A stretch of 10,075 nt of DNA, taken from the NCBI GenBank assembly GCA_051294375.1, contig JBJCIZ010000281.1, forward strand, positions 1 to 10,075, given 5' to 3'. Under the pieces are notes generated by a model, which saw only the letters and a list, made by a program, of their open reading frames with translations, was not told where the DNA came from and ran no database searches. This document shows, piece after piece, positions 7,561 through 10,075 of the stretch. The stretch comes from Paraspadella gotoi (Eukaryota > Animalia > Chaetognatha). How positions within the stretch are numbered: the first letter of the stretch is position 1; each line of letters opens with the position of its first letter. The position numbers and the translations under genes were made by a program.

Positions 7561-7963
7561 ACGAGTTTAAAAACATTGTGCAAAAATTTTGCTTTTGATT
7601 TGTTATATTTAGATTTTATTGGGCAACAACTGATTGCTGAAGAAAGACTCGCAATCAAAAGAGTCAAACAAGTCCCAATAAAAATAAACAATCGTTGTTA
7701 CCATAAAATCTTTTTGTCTCTAGAGTTTAAAAACATATTTAGGTGAAATAATTAGGTAAAATTAAAATTCTCGGATAAAGAACAGAAATGGGGCACTCGG
7801 AAAGAGAGCCAACTCCTCTACCACTACTTCATGCCCCACCTCCGCCACCCACATAGTCCGGCACTTCGCTCGGGATAATTTATCATGAGACCCGCCTCCT
7901 GATTAGTTTCTAATCATTTGTCTTCTGCTTATGAAAACTTATGATATGAAAAAGGATATTAAA

Positions 7964-7993
7964 AGAGAGAGAGAGAGAGAAGAGAAGAAAAGA

Positions 7994-8049
<56 letters not shown>

Positions 8050-8078
8050 AAAGAAAAAAGAAAGAGAGAGAGAGAGAG
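7964..8078 (+). repeat. Imperfect (GA)n/A-rich polypurine tract
   Basis: Pure purine run with GA units. Confidence 0.95.
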
Positions 8079-8178
8079 CTTATGAAATGATACTACGGGG
8101 GAAAACCAGAGAGGCGGGAAAAAAGTAAAAAGGACAGTCGTCTCGCTCTGACTGACTGAGGCTGCGTTTATAAAAAAA

Positions 8179-8223
8179 GAGAGAGAGAGAGAGAGGAGAA
8201 GAGAGAGAGAGAGAGAGAGAGAG
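8179..8223 (+). repeat. (GA)n microsatellite
   Basis: Near-perfect GA run. Confidence 0.95.
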
Positions 8224-8251
8224 GTTCATGATCTATACTTTTGACTCGGTA

Positions 8252-8803
<552 letters not shown>

Positions 8804-8909
8804 AAAACAAAAAAGGAAAAGAAAGTATTAAATTATTATTTTTTAAATTCAACAACGTAGGCGTTCGACCACAATATTTTAAGAATCACGTTTAATGTCT
8901 CGATACATT

Positions 8910-8912
8910 TCT

Positions 8913-8945
<33 letters not shown>

Positions 8946-8985
8946 TCTCTCTTCTCTCTCTCTTTCTTTCTCTCTCTCTCTCCTC
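8910..8985 (+). repeat. Imperfect (TC)n microsatellite
   Basis: Pure pyrimidine run. Confidence 0.95.
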
Positions 8986-9147
8986 TAATGGATTTTATGG
9001 GTTTGCAGTGAATCACCGGAAATATTCCTGAATTTACCGGAATTTCCCTCCCGGTTCCACCATAAAGGCGACAATGAGGTCGGAAAAGTAGCAACAGGAA
9101 ACCAGCGATGTTTGCCGTTTGCATAATTGCGCGTGTCCCCGCATTCT

Positions 9148-9223
9148 GTTGGTTGGTCGGTCCGTATGTCCGTCTGTCTGTCTGTCTCTCTGTCTTACTA
9201 TCTAATTGTCTGTCTGTTCGTCT
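9148..9223 (+). repeat. GTYN/GTCT tetranucleotide microsatellite, possibly a DINE/HINE-like relic
   Basis: GTTG GTTG GTCG GTCC GTAT GTCC GTCT GTCT GTCT ...; same motif class and orientation as 6264-6316. Confidence 0.75.
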
Positions 9224-9826
9224 CAATGCTCATTCCAAAAATTACCTAGGAAGGAGTTTTATTAAGCGTTGTTTTTCATGAAGATGTTTTACAAAAACTT
9301 TCTCGCCATGTAATCTTCAGGAATAAAATAGTTAATTTAGTTACTGTAATTTAAAAAAAACAAAACTAAATTGTCAAAAAATTTCTAAAAATAAGAACTA
9401 ATATGCAAATTAGGTTGCGAGCGAGGTTCGTTGAAAACAAATGATCGCTCTTATAGTCGAAGGCGGCTAGACTATACCGTACCTTTCAAATTTTCTTCTT
9501 TCTTCACGACACCAAAAAAAAAAAAAAAACAAAAACAAAAACAAACTCGCGACGCAACGAAACTATAACCAAATTTAACTTTTTTTTCTTTTTATTATTT
9601 ACTCCTCAATAAATTCCTTCCTATCAAAAAAAAAAAAAAAAAATAGAACTTTCTTTTTATTTCCTGTGTTGTGTTTCTTCAGATTTCCATTTCACTTTTT
9701 TTCCCTCGATTGTGGCGACATATGCACCTCTCGTCTCCATGTTCTTCTTTTTTTCTTTCTTTTTTCACTTCCGCCTTCTTCTCTTTCTCCTTCGCTTCAC
9801 ATTTCGTTTTCCGCCCGCCGAATTTT

Positions 9827-9840
9827 GTTTCCATGGTTAC
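9827..9840 (-). promoter_or_regulatory. RFX X-box motif next to a GC-box
   Basis: Minus strand GTAACCATGGAAAC matches GTHNYYATRRNAAC exactly; CCGCCCGCC at 9811-9819; locally CpG-rich. Confidence 0.4.
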
Positions 9841-10002
9841 GCCGGCGTTGTTTGACAAGAGGCGATGAGCGTGCGACGCACAAACTTTCGATACCATACT
9901 TTTTTTTTAAACAGATATATGTGATTCGATGTTTATCGGTTTTGTTTTTTTCTCTTTGTGTGTATGTTCTTTTCTTGATCTTTTTATAGTATTATATATA
10001 AG

Positions 10003-10075
10003 TTTTTTTCTTTCGTTCTCTTTTTTTTCTCTCTCTCTTCTTTCGTTCTCTCTTTTTTCTCTCTTTTTTCTTTCT
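10003..10075 (+). repeat. T/C-rich low-complexity tract running off the window end
   Basis: Almost only T and C; TCTTTCGTTCTCT occurs twice. Confidence 0.85.

Noticed and set aside
7927-8087. GCTTATGAAA direct repeat (7927-7936, 8078-8087) as a TSD around the GA tract
   Set aside because: Only 10 bp and AT-rich; the interior is mostly microsatellite; chance or slippage suffices.
9014-9058. Repeated ACCGGAA/TTCC motifs
   Set aside because: Matches of only 6-7 bp with no definable boundaries.
9666-9989. F/S/L-rich ORFs and the antisense K/E-rich ORF
   Set aside because: Products of T/C-rich low-complexity sequence with no recognisable homology.

Overview
AT-rich, non-coding eukaryotic DNA, probably intergenic or intronic sequence from an invertebrate animal (inferred from abundant (CT/GA)n microsatellites, long A/T runs, no obvious CpG depletion, TTAGGG-like repeats and DINE/HINE-like motifs). 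No ORF is a credible gene: most are translations of microsatellites and the rest resemble no family I recognise. I see no rRNA, tRNA, CRISPR array or prokaryotic system. The real structure is at DNA level. (1) A ~550-bp foldback at 8252-8803 has arms of unique sequence plus (TC)n/(GA)n around a GC-rich core with a strong hairpin. (2) A degenerate TTAGGG/CCCTAA region at ~7138-7810 carries nested inverted repeats. (3) Helentron/DINE-1-like GTCY relics lie at ~5868, ~6214 and ~9148. (4) A ~36-bp ACN minisatellite reads like a frameshifted poly-Thr repeat. (5) CpG-rich patches carry promoter-type motifs, including two exact 14-bp RFX X-boxes and three NF-Y boxes. Frequent single-base phase slips in the repeats mean the sequence may be an error-prone consensus, so fine details need confirmation.
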